Origin: Schmidtea nova
Lineage: Eukaryota
Direction of reading: 5' to 3'
Length of the DNA: 64,000 nucleotides
NCBI GenBank assembly: GCA_044892505.1
Contig: CM097882.1
Location: forward strand, 174,778,001 to 174,842,000
The notes beneath the pieces were generated by a model. It made no database searches. It saw nothing but the letters and a program-made list of their open reading frames with translations, and had not been told where the DNA came from. Of this stretch, positions 49,205 to 64,000 are shown piece by piece. Position 1 is the first letter of the stretch, and every line of letters begins with the position of its first letter. Both the position numbers and the translations under genes were made by a program.

Positions 49205-51497
49205 ACTGTGAAGATCAATATTTTCTATAAATGAAAACTAAATCAGAATAGGCAAAATTCAATATCAATCATCAAATATCCAACCATATAAACCTATATA
49301 GGTAATAATATGATAATGATATTTTTCGTTATTGCTGAGATTTTAAAGTTATTTTTCGGTTTTAAACTGAAAAAAGCATTCTGTTCACCGATTCACAGTG
49401 AGCATAGAATGAAATAGCAATAATATTGAAAATGTATCAAGAATTTTTATTTAGGGTTTATTTGTTATTGAAGATATCCAATTTTATACATTGACCTGTG
49501 TACTAAATCAATTAAATAATTATTTATATTAATTACAAATTAAAAACCTTGTGTTAATATGTTATTAATTTGATAATAATAGATTTTTAAAACTTGTCTT
49601 ATTTTATTTAAAATGCTAAATAACTTAGAAGACAACATTGGTGTCACAAGTGCGGGTCAAGAAAGTAGCCACATCCATTTGAAAATTCCAACCTTTTTCG
49701 AAAATGTGTCAGTTTGGTTCAAGCAAGTAGACGCAGCATTGGAACTAGCATCAATCAAAAATAAAAAAAATCAAATACTTTCACTTGTTACACAGTCTAC
49801 TATCACGTGTACTCGAAAAATACTCGTATTTAATGGATCAACACATTAGCCATCCATATTCAGCTCTAAAAGAAGAATTATCAATGACACAAAAGAAGCA
49901 GCAAACAAATTTTCGCAAAAGTAGAAACTTAGAGATTGTAAACCAAACCAATTTCTCATAGAAATAAAAGAGAAACTACAAACAAATCGAGCCTGACGGT
50001 GACCCAGAAACCAGCAAAATTCTCAGATACCAGTTAATCACCTGCATGCCAGTTCATATTCAACATTACTGATATCAAGCAACGCTGGCATTGAAAATTG
50101 GCCAAAGTCGCCAACTTGTACGTAAGCATTAATGATTAGTATATTTCACAGGTGTAAAGTGAGATCATTGTCGGAAACTTCCATCATCTTGCAATAGAAA
50201 ATTTGAAAGACCAAATCAATGCCATAATGGCAAATAAAAACTCAATCCAAATGGAACACCGTTCAAGTGAAGAAACAATATTATTTTCACAGAAGATTCG
50301 TAAAAGAAACCAGGAAATTCCAGAATCCTGCTGTTGGTGCGATTCAGCTAAGTTTGGAAAAGACCAAGAATCTATTTAATGTCTACGACAGGGATCCAAT
50401 GCTCAACTCAACAGTCAACAAATATTAATGCACTGTTTTATTTTATATAAAATGCTAAATAACTTAGAAGACAAATCTTTTATTAAACAAATTTTTATTA
50501 TCTGTTTTATTATAATTTATACCGTTCCGGTTAAGTATAAAATGACTAGTTAATAAACCCTGTAGAAAATTTCTCGTATACAACTTCTAAGTAAATTCGA
50601 TATTTTACGCTAAGAAAAAATTAAAAATGTAAACATTTCGTTTATTTTCATATTCTCAGACAATATATCTAAGATAATTTTCGAATTCAACATAAATTTT
50701 CGGCACTGTTTTTAAAAATATTTATTCAATATTTTTAAATTAATTAATTTTTTATGAAACTCTCACTATTTTAGTATGTGAAAAACAGAATGATATCGCT
50801 TTTTGATAGATCTTTTATCTATATTGTTTGATGCACTTTGGTGATTTCTTATTTATTTTAAAATGAAGATCTGGTGAAAATGAAAAAATTGATCCTTGTT
50901 GCTTAAATTGATCTCCACAGTTAATAATTCACAAATTCAGTCATTACAAAATGACATAAAAAATATTTTTATTTCCCGTAAAAATTAAAAAAAAATTATT
51001 TGAAAATGTTTTCTAAATTGCTTTTAGTGATTCTAAAATTTATGTAATGAAATTGTGATTTATGAAGATTATTAAGTGTAAAATTATATTTATTGTTCTT
51101 GACAAAAAAGAAAACTGCTAAAGCAATTTATATTAAATATATTAAAGGTAAATAAAGCACGGATAATATGCAAAAATTCATTACAATGCTAAAGAATTAA
51201 AGAAATAATCGAATACATTTTTTGCTAATTGTAAAGAAAGCTCTTTCGGTATATGCAAAATTAAAAAGTAGTTATGCATGTCTATGAATAAAACTCCATT
51301 TTAAATTATCCAATCGAGAAGCAGTATATAAATAATTCTTCAATTGTATGTTCAGCTTGAATTTCAATAAATAAACATCTTGATCAAATGTCACGTTATA
51401 ACCATAGACGAAAAATTAAATAAGAAGTATTTTCATTTATGACAAGAACAAAAATTTTATTAAATTAACAAATTTTTTAATTTATATCGTTATATCA

Positions 51498-52066
51498 TTA
51501 GTCGTCTTTGTAACAGATAACCGCATTGTTTCGGTTGCAAACAATATTATTCCACAATCCATTTGGATAACGAGCTCCTTCCAAGCAATTTTCAACTCCA
51601 GGATTATTTGGTTCTCCTTGTTCCCAATTCCTGGAAATTGCAAAATCTTTTAACAATCCTGCTTATAAATAACAAATAATTCTTACGTGAAGGTCATTTT
51701 GCATCCACGATTATTTACCCATTTTCCGGTGACTTTTTTGTCATTGCCATCTATCCAATATCTGCCGAGGTTGTTCTTCTTGGCAAAGTTAAATACCATT
51801 TGCTAAAATATTAATTCAAAATAATGCTGAGTTATGAATTTGCATACGTTTGTTCTATCGTCTTCGACTTTGACAAGTTTCATATTTTCTTCAATGCATA
51901 AACACGACGCAGTTTCATAATTCGTTTTTGTCGGTATTATTTTCAGTTGACTTTCAGTCAAACCTTAATAAAAGGTAAATTAATTGAAATCAAAGTCTTC
52001 AAAGGTCTTACCTTCACACCTTTGAAGGACAAAAAGCAAAGCAAAAGCAGCTATTAAATGAAACAT
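51498..52066 (-). CDS. Secreted C-type lectin CTL-A copy 3
   Basis: Appears identical to 36604-37172 by eye, with the 5-A run intact. Confidence 0.9.
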
Positions 52067-53509
52067 GATATTTGTTTTATTGAAAGTATTTGGTCATTTT
52101 ATAATGATTTTATCTTTTTGTTTTCGAAAACAAATTTGTGACTTATGATATTGAAATTAATTATTGTGAGAATAATCATATGGAAAATGTATATATTCAT
52201 AAGATATCAATTATGGCAACTTTAATNNNNNNNNNNNNNNNNNNNNNNNNNNNNNNNNNNNNNNNNNNNNNNNNNNNNNNNNNNNNNNNNNNNNNNNNNN
52301 NNNNNNNNNNNNNNNNNNNNNNNNNNNNNNNNNNNNNNNNNNNNNNNNNNNNNNNNNNNNNNNNNNNNNNNNNNNNNNNNNNNNNNNNNNNNNNNNNNNN
52401 NNNNNNNNNNNNNNNNNNNNNNNNNNNNNNNNTAGCAGCATTAAGTATTAAATAAATTTGTAAATAAGTAACAAAATAAGGTTTTGCTGCAAAAACAATT
52501 TTAATAACTGAGAAAATTTTCCATTATAAAATAATCCTGGTCAATCTTTAATTCAGTATATAACTGGTACTTCATTCATTTATGCTGTTTCTTTATCGTG
52601 AATTATCTTCTTTTTCATTGGATGTTAATCTATTTAATATAAATTTTAAATTTTAAATTCTTAATTGTTTTTAAATGATTTTTTGTAAAAATTTTTAAAA
52701 TATAAAATAAAAACTCTAATATTTTTCAAATGTTTTCTAAATTTTTTTATTAATGTAAAATTTTCGATCAGTGGATTGAAGAGAATTGTTTTATAATCGA
52801 AAATTTTATTCATTTATTACCGTGTGTGTTTATTTGAAAATATTTATTTTAATTTTGATTAATATTTTTATTTATTTCTACCGTATAAGCTTAAGTGTCT
52901 AATTAAATGTCAGTTTGTATTATTAAATACGCATATATTTAATATAAACTAGTTTTTTAAAAGTATTGAAATTTAAATCAACCTGTAGAAATAATTACGT
53001 GGCGCACCATTTTCTCTGTACTGGCTTGGTGGTCAAACAATTACCGAAGGTGCTAGTGCGAATAAAGCCTCCTACGAGAAGTTGGATGAGGCAGAGCGCC
53101 AGTTACCAAGCGTTTGTGGTGAATTGGTCATACCATTTGCACCATTTTTTGTTGTATGTACTCGAAATTTTCTGACAAAATTCTAAGTCCCTAACGGTTT
53201 TTTGTTCATTTACGATCGCCTTCAAGTCGTAGTCAAATGTTTTAACGATGACAGTAATAAACGTTTTAATATCTTTTTGGTGCATTTTGCAGACCGGCAG
53301 CTGATGGCACATGGACCGACTACGTTCCGTGGGCCACCACTTTGAGAATCACTTATTTAGGGTCTAATCAAATGCACTTTGGTGTTGAAGTATGTAGTAT
53401 CATTGAAATACACAAATTAATACAGTGCGCCAACTATTATTTTGAATATTTTCCTTAAAATTTTTATGTAGATACAATGTTTCTGTCAATGTAATACAAA
53501 TATCAAATA

Positions 53510-56500
53510 TAGGTCACTATATTACATGCTCTCCTTAATGCCAACCGCAAAAGTGAAAATTTGCCGACGGGTGTGGGACCTTATGATATCATTATCCTAG
53601 TAAATTCCATCTTCCACGCAAGTCGCCGCCAAAAAAGTATTAGAAAAATATAAATCATCTATTTTAATTTCGTTATAAATTTAGTTGTATGAGCTACATG
53701 TTTTATTGTACAGTCCAATTTTTGAATAATTAATGAGGTTATTTGCACACACAGTTGTTAAAGTTATTTTGTAAGCCTTTACTAATCTAATTATTGTGAT
53801 TATTTTCCTTTAGTTATAATTACTAAGCTTGTTATATTGTAAATTAACATAATTTATTTTGTTAATTATGTTATATTATTATTAAGATTTTTGTTTGTTA
53901 ACTTGTAATTATTTTAATTTCTACCAGGCCTATGGAGACTTGTTGGATTTTAGTTTTAGTTTAAGTTTCCTTCTTTTTTGTTCTTTCTTATTTATTCTTT
54001 TTCTTTGTCTTCCTTGTTACTTTTAGGCATCATGGATATCCGGAAATTTTTAAAACTTCTCAGACAGCCACAGCAAAAGACTCCAAATGTTGAAGAAAGA
54101 ACTTTAACTCATGTCTGTAAAATACTGAAAACGGATGCTGTTGCTTGTTCATTTGCAGCAGCAACGCTATCACCAGAACCAGACCCTGACAAGCTTGAAA
54201 GTGGAGATACTAGGTTAACATATGAAATTGGACTCTATGTAAAATCTAATACGAAGATTCCTATCGATCTTAAGCTTAAGTATCGTTTGCTAACTGCTCT
54301 ATACAAACCTCACCTGTCATATGATTTTGAAGGCGACATGTCAGGAAGTGGAATACGTTGTTTCAGGGAATCTTGGCTAACCCAGTATAGTACATGGTTA
54401 TCATATTCATCTAGGTTAAAAGGTGCTTTTTGCATTTTCTGTGTTTTATTTCTGCAATCAGTTCAAAGAGGAATCCAAGGAGCCTTCATTACTACTCCTT
54501 GTATAAAGTACAAAAATTTTAATGAATGTGCCAGAAACTATATCAGCTCAGCATGGCATCGTGGGTCTCAAAAAGATGCTGAACACTTCAAGTCAACCAT
54601 TAGAGATCCAAATAAGGATATTGTTTGTTAGATAGATAATTCTGTAAAACGAACTATTGAAGAAAACAAAAACAAACTATATCCTATTATTTCAACAATA
54701 TTATTTTGAGGAACAAATGATTTGGCAATTCGTGGGAAAGGCAGCACTAAAGGAAATGTCGAACAACTTTATGCTTATCGAATTGAGGGAGGAGACAGTA
54801 TTTAAAAAAAACATTTTGATACAGTTGCTGGAAATTCACGCTACACATCACACCAAACGCAGAATGATTTGATCAATTTGTCTGAACAAGCTCTGTGAGA
54901 AGACATTGTAAAAGCTGCTAACAATGCTGTTGGATTCTCGATCATAACCGATGAAACAGCAGATATGTGACGAACAGAACAGTTATAACTGGGAGTCCAG
55001 TTTGTAGATAAGTCTAGTGAGAAGGCTATAATTCGTGAGGAATTCCTTGGATTTTCTCCGCTGAAAGGTATTGACGCCGCCACAATATCTGATTGTATTA
55101 TTCAGCATAACAAAACATTTGGTTTTCTCCTTAATAATCTGCTGGGTCAAGGTTATGATGAATGCTCGACAATGGCCGTAAAAGAAAATGGTGTTCAGGC
55201 AAAAATTCGAAGTATTTACCCCAAGGCTGTCTTTGTTCACTGTGCCTTTCACAGACTGAATCTAGTACTAAATAACCTTAATAATGTTGCAGTGATACAA
55301 AATACTATTGGTTATATCAAGGGTGGGCACGCATGAGTTCAATGAGAGACAATTTTCGATAATTTATTTTTTAAAGAGCCACCATAGTAAAGTACACATT
55401 TTTTTTATTTCATTAATTTGATTAAAAAAGACCTAAACGCTATTAAAACAAAAAGAAAATAATTATTTCAAAATTTAAGTAACAAAAATATAATATAATA
55501 AAAATCCATTAATAAAAAGTAATGAAAATCCATTAATAAAAAGTAAAAAAAAGTGAAAAATTCCAAACCAAAAAAATCAGTGGAAAAAAAATCGAATTCA
55601 ATTTTCAAATTCAATTATCAATGAGCCGCAGTTTACTCAACGAAGAGCCGCATTTGCCCACCGTTGGGTTATATCAAAGCAATTATTACATTCTTTCGTG
55701 AAAGCCCAAAAATGAGGTCCTCTGTCCCAAATATTCTTCTTCTGTGTGAGACAAGACGGACAAGCAAGTATAAAGGTATTCGGATTTTTTCTAGTAAATT
55801 TGAAGATATTTATTGTCAACTGGAAGCATTTTCTTGCATACAAGTGGAAATACAAGACAGGCTGCATATCAGTTATATTGCTCATCGAAGTCCAGCACGT
55901 TTTTAATTTGTCTCAATATTATTTCGCAGTACTCTGCCATACTGGAATCAGTTACTCAGGCTCTTCAAGCTGTTCAAGTTGATCGTCCAGAAGTTCAACT
56001 GCAAGTTCAAACCCTGCTCAGTGTAATAAAACTTCACCGAGGTGATTCCGATAACTATTTCAGGGATATTTTTGAGAAAACAGTGCAACTCGCACAAAAA
56101 GTGGATATTGAAGTTATTATCTCAAGACAGTGTGGAAGACAAAAGCATCGAAGTAATCCGGGAACCATAAGTGTTGAAGAGTACTTCAAACAAGCAGTTT
56201 ACCTTCCATACTTAGATTTTCTAATTACCTCAATGGAGAGTTGATTTTGTGAAGCCAACACTGTACAATTTAACTTAGCGTTGCTACATCCTTCGAAATT
56301 GTGCAAACTGAATCGTCAACAGTTTAAGGATATAATGTCTACTATTAATAAGGTATACCACATTGATTATTTTGAAACTTAAGCCTTGAGTTGATTTGAT
56401 TTTTGGGAAACGCGAGAATACAAAAGTAGCCAAGATTTCATCGACTTGTTACCTAATACAAAGTTTTATCCGAGTTTCAGGTATGCTTTACTAGTTTTGC

Positions 56501-56922
56501 TAACATTACCAGCAACAACATGTACGGTGAAGCGACCGTTCAGCACATTACGTCTTGTATAAACATGGCTTAGATCTACAATATCAGATGAACGTCTGTC
56601 GGTATTGTGCGTGTTAAACGTACACAGAGACAAAGACAACTGCAACAAAAAAGACTTTATGGACAAAACTGTAGATGTTTTTGGTAGCGATAACAGACGA
56701 CTCCAGTTCTTGTTTAAAGAATAAATTTCATTTTAAATTTATGTTGTAATATTTTTTATATTGTGTTAATAAAAAAGTTGTTGCTACAGTATGCCCTTCA
56801 TTACTACAGTGTCCTGTCCGTTCTTTCACCATACAAATACTCTACAGTAAATTAGAACTACATGAAAACATTACTAAAAATATTTTGCCCCCCTCCTAGA
56901 AAATTTTCTGCGGGCGCCCATG
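53510..56922 (+). mobile_element. hAT copy B2 with decayed transposase 54032-56724
   Basis: Duplicate of B1 with a few SNPs (LEPVT>LESVT; VYIPYLDS>VYLPYLDF). Confidence 0.88.
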
Positions 56923-58920
56923 TTCACAGTAGAAAACTAAATGAAGATAAATGAAATTTTGAAGGAGTGAAAGAGATATGCAAATGTGGAGAGTCAAAAT
57001 ACAAACAAAAAATAATGATGTTAACAAATGTACAGAGTAAACTAGATAGAGAACTAGTTACGTGATTATTGTCCAAACGAACTAATCTATTACAACAATG
57101 ACTTCAACGATTGGAGCGGGACCAAGAAGACTTAAAGGAATATAACGAAGGCCTAAAATGATAGTGTGGAACATGAGGAAAGCTGAAATAAAGGAGTTTA
57201 TGAGCTCCCAAGTGGCCAATGACATCCAAACCGTAATGAAAATAATAGAATTTCGAGGACCCGAGAATCTCAACGCAAACACCGCGACTAAGGACATCCA
57301 CGAACGAAAACAAAAGAAGTTCAATAGTAAAGCTCGGCTACGGTACAAATGGAAACAAGAGGCTCAGGTGAAATGTGCTAATGAAGCTGGCGCTCTTGAG
57401 ATACTGAAAGAAATTTATTGCCAGTTGAGTAATGACTTTTAGATATTGTAGTACGGCTAAATAAATGTATCTAATTGTGTTTTCGCTAGTCTTATCCGTA
57501 AATCTAAAATGATCCAAGCTTCCCTTAATGTCTTAGAGAGTCAAATAAAAGTTGAACGAACCCTAATAGCAGATCTCCTTAACTAAGCGTTCCCATAAAT
57601 GCAATTTGTGTCTTCTATCGGAACAGATAGGTGATAGGCAGAGTATTGATTCAAAGTGAGATAAGTGAGCTCATTGCTGACATAGGCTGTCAACCACTAG
57701 CATGTATTACCAACGTGAGTGTACACGGGTATGCTCGGTGGAAAATAGTTTGATGAACCGTGGGAATTTTGTTTGATGATGTTTCACCATGTAAATCAGG
57801 GTCAAACNNNNNNNNNNNNNNNNNNNNNNNNNNNNNNNNNNNNNNNNNNNNNNNNNNNNNNNNNNNNNNNNNNNNNNNNNNNNNNNNNNNNNNNNNNNNN
57901 NNNNNNNNNNNNNNNNNNNNNNNNNNNNNNNNNNNNNNNNNNNNNNNNNNNNNNNNNNNNNNNNNNNNNNNNNNNNNNNNNNNNNNNNNNNNNNNNNNNN
58001 NNNNNNNNNNNNNNNNNNNNNNNNNNNNNNNNNNNNNNNNNNNNNNNNNNNNNNNNNNNNNNNNNNNNNNNNNNNNNNNNNNNNNNNNNNNNNNNNNNNN
58101 NNNNNNNNNNNNNNNNNNNNNNNNNNNNNNNNNNNNNNNNNNNNNNNNNNNNNNNNNNNNNNNNNNNNNNNNNNNNNNNNNNNNNNNNNNNNNNNNNNNN
58201 NNNNNNNNNNNNNNNNNNNNNNNGACAAAACAATTTGTATTTATACTTTCAATCTGAGCCAGATTAACGTCGTCTTCAAAATAGCTACAGATAAGATTTT
58301 AATAAAAAATTAAAATTTCAAAGGGAGATTTATTCTCGAGAATTCATTAAAAGAGCTTTTTTTATGAAGGAATTATTCTAATTGTGTATGGGGAAGTGAT
58401 TTTCTTTTTGATTTTTTAAAATGTTTTTATTTAAAAAAGAGCATTTTATTAATTAAAAAGACTTTGACTCTATATGATTTTTTAAATTTTTTTTAAAAAA
58501 GGACGCTCTAATTACTGAAAATTATTAAATAAAAATAATTTTAAATTTTGTTTAAAATAAAAATTTTATTTAATATATCTCAAGAATAAATCTTAATTTG
58601 TATTAATAATCAACATTAAATCAGAATTCGAGAGGAAGAAAATATCCAGGAAGAAGTGTAAAGTCAATTTGAATAAATTTCGTATTGGAGTGATCAGGAT
58701 CTTTTTAAGATCGAAATATTTCATTTAAATAAACATTGCGGAGAAGGCTTACTATTGTTATCATGTTATTACTTATTATTATGTTATTACTTTTATAATG
58801 GATATGTAAATTATTTAATTTTAAAAATATTATATTTTAAAAATTAAAAGTTTTTAATATTTTTATTAATCAAATGCCATTGGCCTTAATTAAAATGGCT
58901 TAAGTGTAAAGAATTAGTCA

Positions 58921-59590
58921 CTAATTTTGTTTGTAGCAGATAACTGAATTTTTGCGATAGCAATTCCCATCTCCCCAGTAGTCATTTGCGTATAACCCTT
59001 TCAAACAGTCGGCATCATCGTGATTATTTGGCAATCCAGGATACCAGTTACTAAATATAACACAAATGAAAAAGAATACACATTATAATGCTAAAAGTTA
59101 CGTATATTTCATTTTACAACCGCTATTATAGACCCATTGGCCTTCAGTCTCAATATCATTTCCATTTATCCAATATTGGCCAGTTCGTTTCTTCCTTGCA
59201 AAATTATAAACCAAAGTCTGAATTATAAAAATAACTTTTAAAAAGTTACTTATTTAAACACAAAAACTTACATTTGTTTGTTTGTCTTTAATTGTTATCA
59301 ACTTCATTCCTTGGGACTTGCAGAAACAAGCTGCTCCTCTATAAGTTACATTAAGAGGCAAAACGACAAGTTGGTCTTCGGTTATTTGAGCTGCTTATAA
59401 AATATAATTTAATTAATTAAAATTGTTAAGAAGGTTAATAAATGAAAATTCATCACAAATAAGCCTAATAATAATGATATCAAGCATCACTCAAAAATGG
59501 GCAATAAATAATGTAAAAATATTTACCATTGAATTCTGATGGGAAAAGGGCAAAAATAACAAGAAATGGGAACATAAATATTGGAATCAT
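58921..59590 (-). CDS. Secreted C-type lectin CTL-B copy 3
   Basis: Appears identical to copy 2 by eye. Confidence 0.9.
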
Positions 59591-62500
59591 TATTTTTATT
59601 ATATATCACTTTTTATTATGAATATTTTAGGTATTTATAACTCACTTTATCTTTGTTTTCTTTCATTGTTTTTGCGCTGACATGTTTTCGCTATTTTATT
59701 TACGTGTAATTACATGAGAATTCAACAGTTTTATTTTTGACATTTTTCCAAATGCCGCCACGGATTTATTTTGATTATTTTGTAGATATTAGTATAATCA
59801 TGATTTCATTTTTAATATATACTTTTTTTAAATAATAATAATAACCTTACAAAGTGCCTTATCCGACATTCTTTAAGGATTTTCAATATATTTTAAACTT
59901 ATTTTACATGGCACTGCTATTATGAATCAAATTTATAAAATCTAATTCGATTTATTTTTCCACTTCCTTTTTATATAGATTTAAACGAGCTACAAAATGA
60001 TATTGGAAATTTTAATTACAAGATAATTAATAAATTTTATCTATAAAATATTTTAAATGAAAAAAAATTTTCAAAAAAATTTTTGGTAAGAGCTATTTAC
60101 AAGTATTTCAAAACTGGCTATCACGAGTATTTTATTATTGTATAAATAAACATTGTAAGGCAGCGTTTTCCAACCCTTTTACGATTATCGCCCATTTCCA
60201 ATTGCTGAAAATTCAAATCGCCCAGATTGGGAAACACTGGGGTAGAGTAGATGTAACTACATGAAAGGTAATGTGTGTGCGTCATATATTATTATACTAT
60301 AAAGATTGACAAATTGAGGGCAGAGGTGTATGTAGACGGAGGTCATTTATAGGATTTGTTTGTGTGTGTCTGTGCTATATATAGTATCTAGATTCTAGAA
60401 TTTAGAAAGATACGGAAATATTAAAATTTTAAGGCAAACAGTAATGTAAGGTATGCTATCATTTAGAACGTGTCTTTCATTGCTTAAAGCTTCATTTTTT
60501 GTTGATCTTTTAATTCCTTACCTAATTTTTCTGTAAAATATTGTTTTATTGAAGATACATATAAAAAATCCCTGCTCAGAATTTGCTTTATCATTAAAGA
60601 TATCAAAAAATGCCAATCATTATTACGCTACATCATATCCAAAATATAAAATAAAGTAACATTGTAAATTATTAATAATTTAAATTTTTCATTTACATAG
60701 TCTTTAATATTTTTCTTTTCAGTTTGATTACTAGTCATTCAACACTATATGGCGCTCATTAAAATCAATATAATAAAATTCTATGATATAAAATACTCTC
60801 ACATGTATGTTGGCGGTGTACTGCTGATGAATAAAATCTTCTTTGTGGAGTACAATCCTGGAGGAAAGCAAGATAGATTCTATCTGATAGAATCTGATTT
60901 TCTATCTGATAGAAAATTAAAATGAACGCTCAAATAGGAGCAAATAATGCATTTATTTTTGACAATGAAAACAGTTGAAATGCATTGACAGCTTGCATAC
61001 ATTTAATAACAATTGTTGCATTGTCGTGGGCTGTTTGTGTGCATTATAGAAATTTTATTCATCGTAAGTACATCGCTAACACACAAGTGAGTTTCTGCAA
61101 CTTCCATAATATAATTTTATTTTATATTATAGGGATTCTAATGAGTGCTTTTACGGTGTATATTCAATTTAAATTTAAAATAATTTTTGCTGATTATTTC
61201 CTAATATTATTTAAATAAATTTTTATTATACTAAATTATATAAATTATAATCGCTATTATGATTGTTATGTGATCAAATTAATATTTTTATGTAGTTATT
61301 TTTGTTGATATTGTTATTGTTATTACTTATTAATCATATGATAATTATTTCCGCCTCTTCCTCAAATTCTTGTGATAATATAGTCGTTTATTCCCTATAG
61401 TAAGTACCTTACCAACTTACTAAGAAAATTCAAAAATTCAAAAATCAATGGAAATTTTAAATTTGAAAATGACATAACAACAGGAAAGTAAATTTTGAGA
61501 AAAAATAAAAATCAAATACAAAAGGAATAAATAAAACTAACTTAGATTCATATCAAACTTTTCCAAAGAAATTAGAACTTAGAAATTTAAAATTAATATT
61601 ATTCGAAGCTCAAGGAACAAGAAAAAGATTAATTTATCAGAAGTATTTATCGAGAATTCAAGTGAATTCTCTTTTACCAAAACCTCGTGAAAACACCGAA
61701 AGCCTTCTTCATAATCTTGACCTGAGTTAATCTTCTCTTCCTTATTTCTTTCTTTTTCAAAATAAAGTATAAAAATTTATCCAAATCCAATCATGACATC
61801 TCAGAGCATTTTACCCGTAAAGATAGTCCTAGAAGCTGTTCAAGAAAACAAAATTGTAAGACAATATTTATTACACAAAAGTTTTCTAAAAAAAAATAGT
61901 TTGAATAAATAGTATATTAAAAATAGTCTATTCATTACAAATATAAATTTTAAATTATCTGTAAAATTATTTTTTTCTTCCCTTTTAACCTGTTTCACTC
62001 CTTCAAAATTTCATTTATCTTCATTTAGTTTTCTACTGTGAACATGGGCGCCCGCATAAAATTTTCTAGGAGGGGGCAAAATATTTTTAGTAATGTTTTA
62101 ATGTAGTTTTAATTTACTGTAGAGTATTTGTATGGTGAACGAACGAACAGGACACTGTAGTAATGAAGGGCATACTGTAGCAACAAATTTTTTATTAACA
62201 CAATATATGTATATAACAAAAAATATTATAACATAAATTTAAAATAAAATTTATTCTTTAAACAAGAACTGGAGTCATCTGTTATCACTATCAAACATAT
62301 CTACAATTTTGTCCATAAAGTCTTTTTTGTTGCAGTTCACTTTGTCTTTGTGTACGCTTAACATGCACAATCCAGACAGACGTTCATCTGACATTTTAGA
62401 TCTAAGCCATGGCGTTTGAGAGGTTTTAAAGATTTTCAGATATCCATGACGCCTAAAAGTAACAAGGAAGACAAAGATAAAGAATAAAGAAGAAAAAACA

Positions 62501-64000
62501 AAAAACAAAAAACAAAAAAGAAGAAACAAAAAAGAAGGAAACTTAAACTAAAACTAAAATCCAACCAGTCTCCATAGGCCTGGTAGAAATTAAAATAAAT
62601 ACAAGTTAACAAACAAAAATCTTTATAATAATATAACATAATTAACAAAATAAATTATGTTAATTTATAATATAACAAGCTTAGTAATTATAACTAAAGG
62701 AAAATAATCACAATAATTAGATCACAATAATCCATGTTGCACTCTGTCACCTAATACTTAACAATGAACTTTGAACAATTATTTTACACTCATGTATACT
62801 TTGAATTACTTATAAAAGTTGATGTTTGGTTTCGTAATTTATTATGGATGGACATAGAATGGTATAGGTAGATAGGAAAATAAATAATTAAAATAACATC
62901 ATTTATTTAAAGAAAAAGATACAGAAAAATATTTCTACGATAAAAATCTAAAAACTTAAATTATACGCTATTCCCCGTAAAAATTCTAACGTTGTTCTAC
63001 TATGTCGGTTATTTTCAATCGTTGCCAATACCTGGTTTTTCTCTAGATATTGTTTTTTACGTTAGGGCCGCGGTTCCCCCAGAATTATGGATTCCGTTGC
63101 AGCTGCAGTGCTGTCTTGTTTTTGTCTTAACTGCTTAATTATGTAGAATACCCCAGGATGATTTTTTCCAACCAATATTTGCCATCTTCTGTGCCTACCC
63201 TCTACTTTGTTTTGAGTTCTTGGTATGCCGTTTATTTTGTTGTCATATATAGACCAAAGCTGAGGTTGAAAAAGTGGTGGGACTCTCTATTCTCTTCAAT
63301 TTATATTCTTTAATCGGCCATTCACATAATTTTCTTAGAACCATGTCACCACTTCTTCAGCAGTAGGGGGTAATATATTTTTACCAGACTTCTCTTATAT
63401 AACATGAATTATGTAACGTATCTAGTTTTTACATTCCGATATACGAAGTATAATTTGTCAATAAAAATCAATTTATCTAATTAGATTACTTAACGACATT
63501 TATATGAAAAATTAGAGTGACCATTTGTCTGTCGGCATTTTGTCTGTCGGCCTATTGTCTGTCGGCCTTTTGTCTATGTCGACATCTTGTCTGTCGGCCT
63601 TTTGTCTCTGACGGCCTTTTGTCTATGTCGGCCTTTTGTCCGGATCCCAATTAAAATAGATGATTTATATTTTTCTAATACTTTTTTGGTGGCGAAGGTC
63701 CCACGCCCATCGGCCAATTTTCTCTTTTGCGGTTGACATTAAGGAGAGCATGTAATATATTAATGTATGGTAAGGTTTAGTAATACTAACAGCTCGATTC
63801 ACAAGTCTATTAATATAAAGGATACAGGGGTATTTGCTTAGGTAAATACAATACGTCGCGAAGAGTTTACGGAACGCGTTTCTTCTTTAAGCGGTAGGGA
63901 AAGAATGATCGGCCCAAGCAATGAGGCACAGGGCCGAACGCTTGACGCTCACGTCACACCGGTGATTCGCCAACCTGGCGATGATGTTGCTCCAGGCCGT

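Larger units (their letters stand above)
46801..61728 (+). repeat. Tandem segmental duplication unit 2; unit 3 begins at 61729 and runs off the window
   Basis: The junction CTTGACCTGAGTT|AATCTTCTC occurs at 46800/46801 and 61728/61729. Confidence 0.95.

Noticed and set aside
17365-58267. ORFs full of X in the track
   Set aside because: They read through N-gaps.

Overview
AT-rich eukaryotic (invertebrate) genomic DNA with seven N-gaps. The 45-56 bp GT-AG introns are planarian-like, but that assignment is inference. It is mostly nested, decayed transposons. (1) At 1-9116 there is a giant foldback structure: ~2.3-3 kb inverted arms built from a TAAGTAGGTCATATATGAAA subrepeat around a ~2.6 kb core. 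It ends in ...GACACATCCTACTACT, a Polinton/Maverick-type AGTAGT terminus. (2) A truncated Polinton with a frameshifted protein-primed PolB (about 10725-13699) ends in a near-identical terminus at 14310. (3) There are many hAT elements of the SPIN/Buster- and ZMYM1/Tip100-like types, several with verifiable 8-bp TSDs, plus Gypsy and possible Penelope fragments. (4) The only host genes recognised are missed by the ORF track because they are spliced: two paralogous 4-exon secreted single-domain C-type lectins on the minus strand (CTL-A with EPN/WNN, CTL-B with LPN/WGD), repeated three times as an A-B pair. (5) A ~14.9 kb tandem segmental duplication runs from 31860 to the window end. Comparing copies exposes filled versus empty sites, including a 3.2 kb insert with a 5-bp flanking duplication and two intact orphan ORFs. 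No rRNA, tRNA or CRISPR array was seen.
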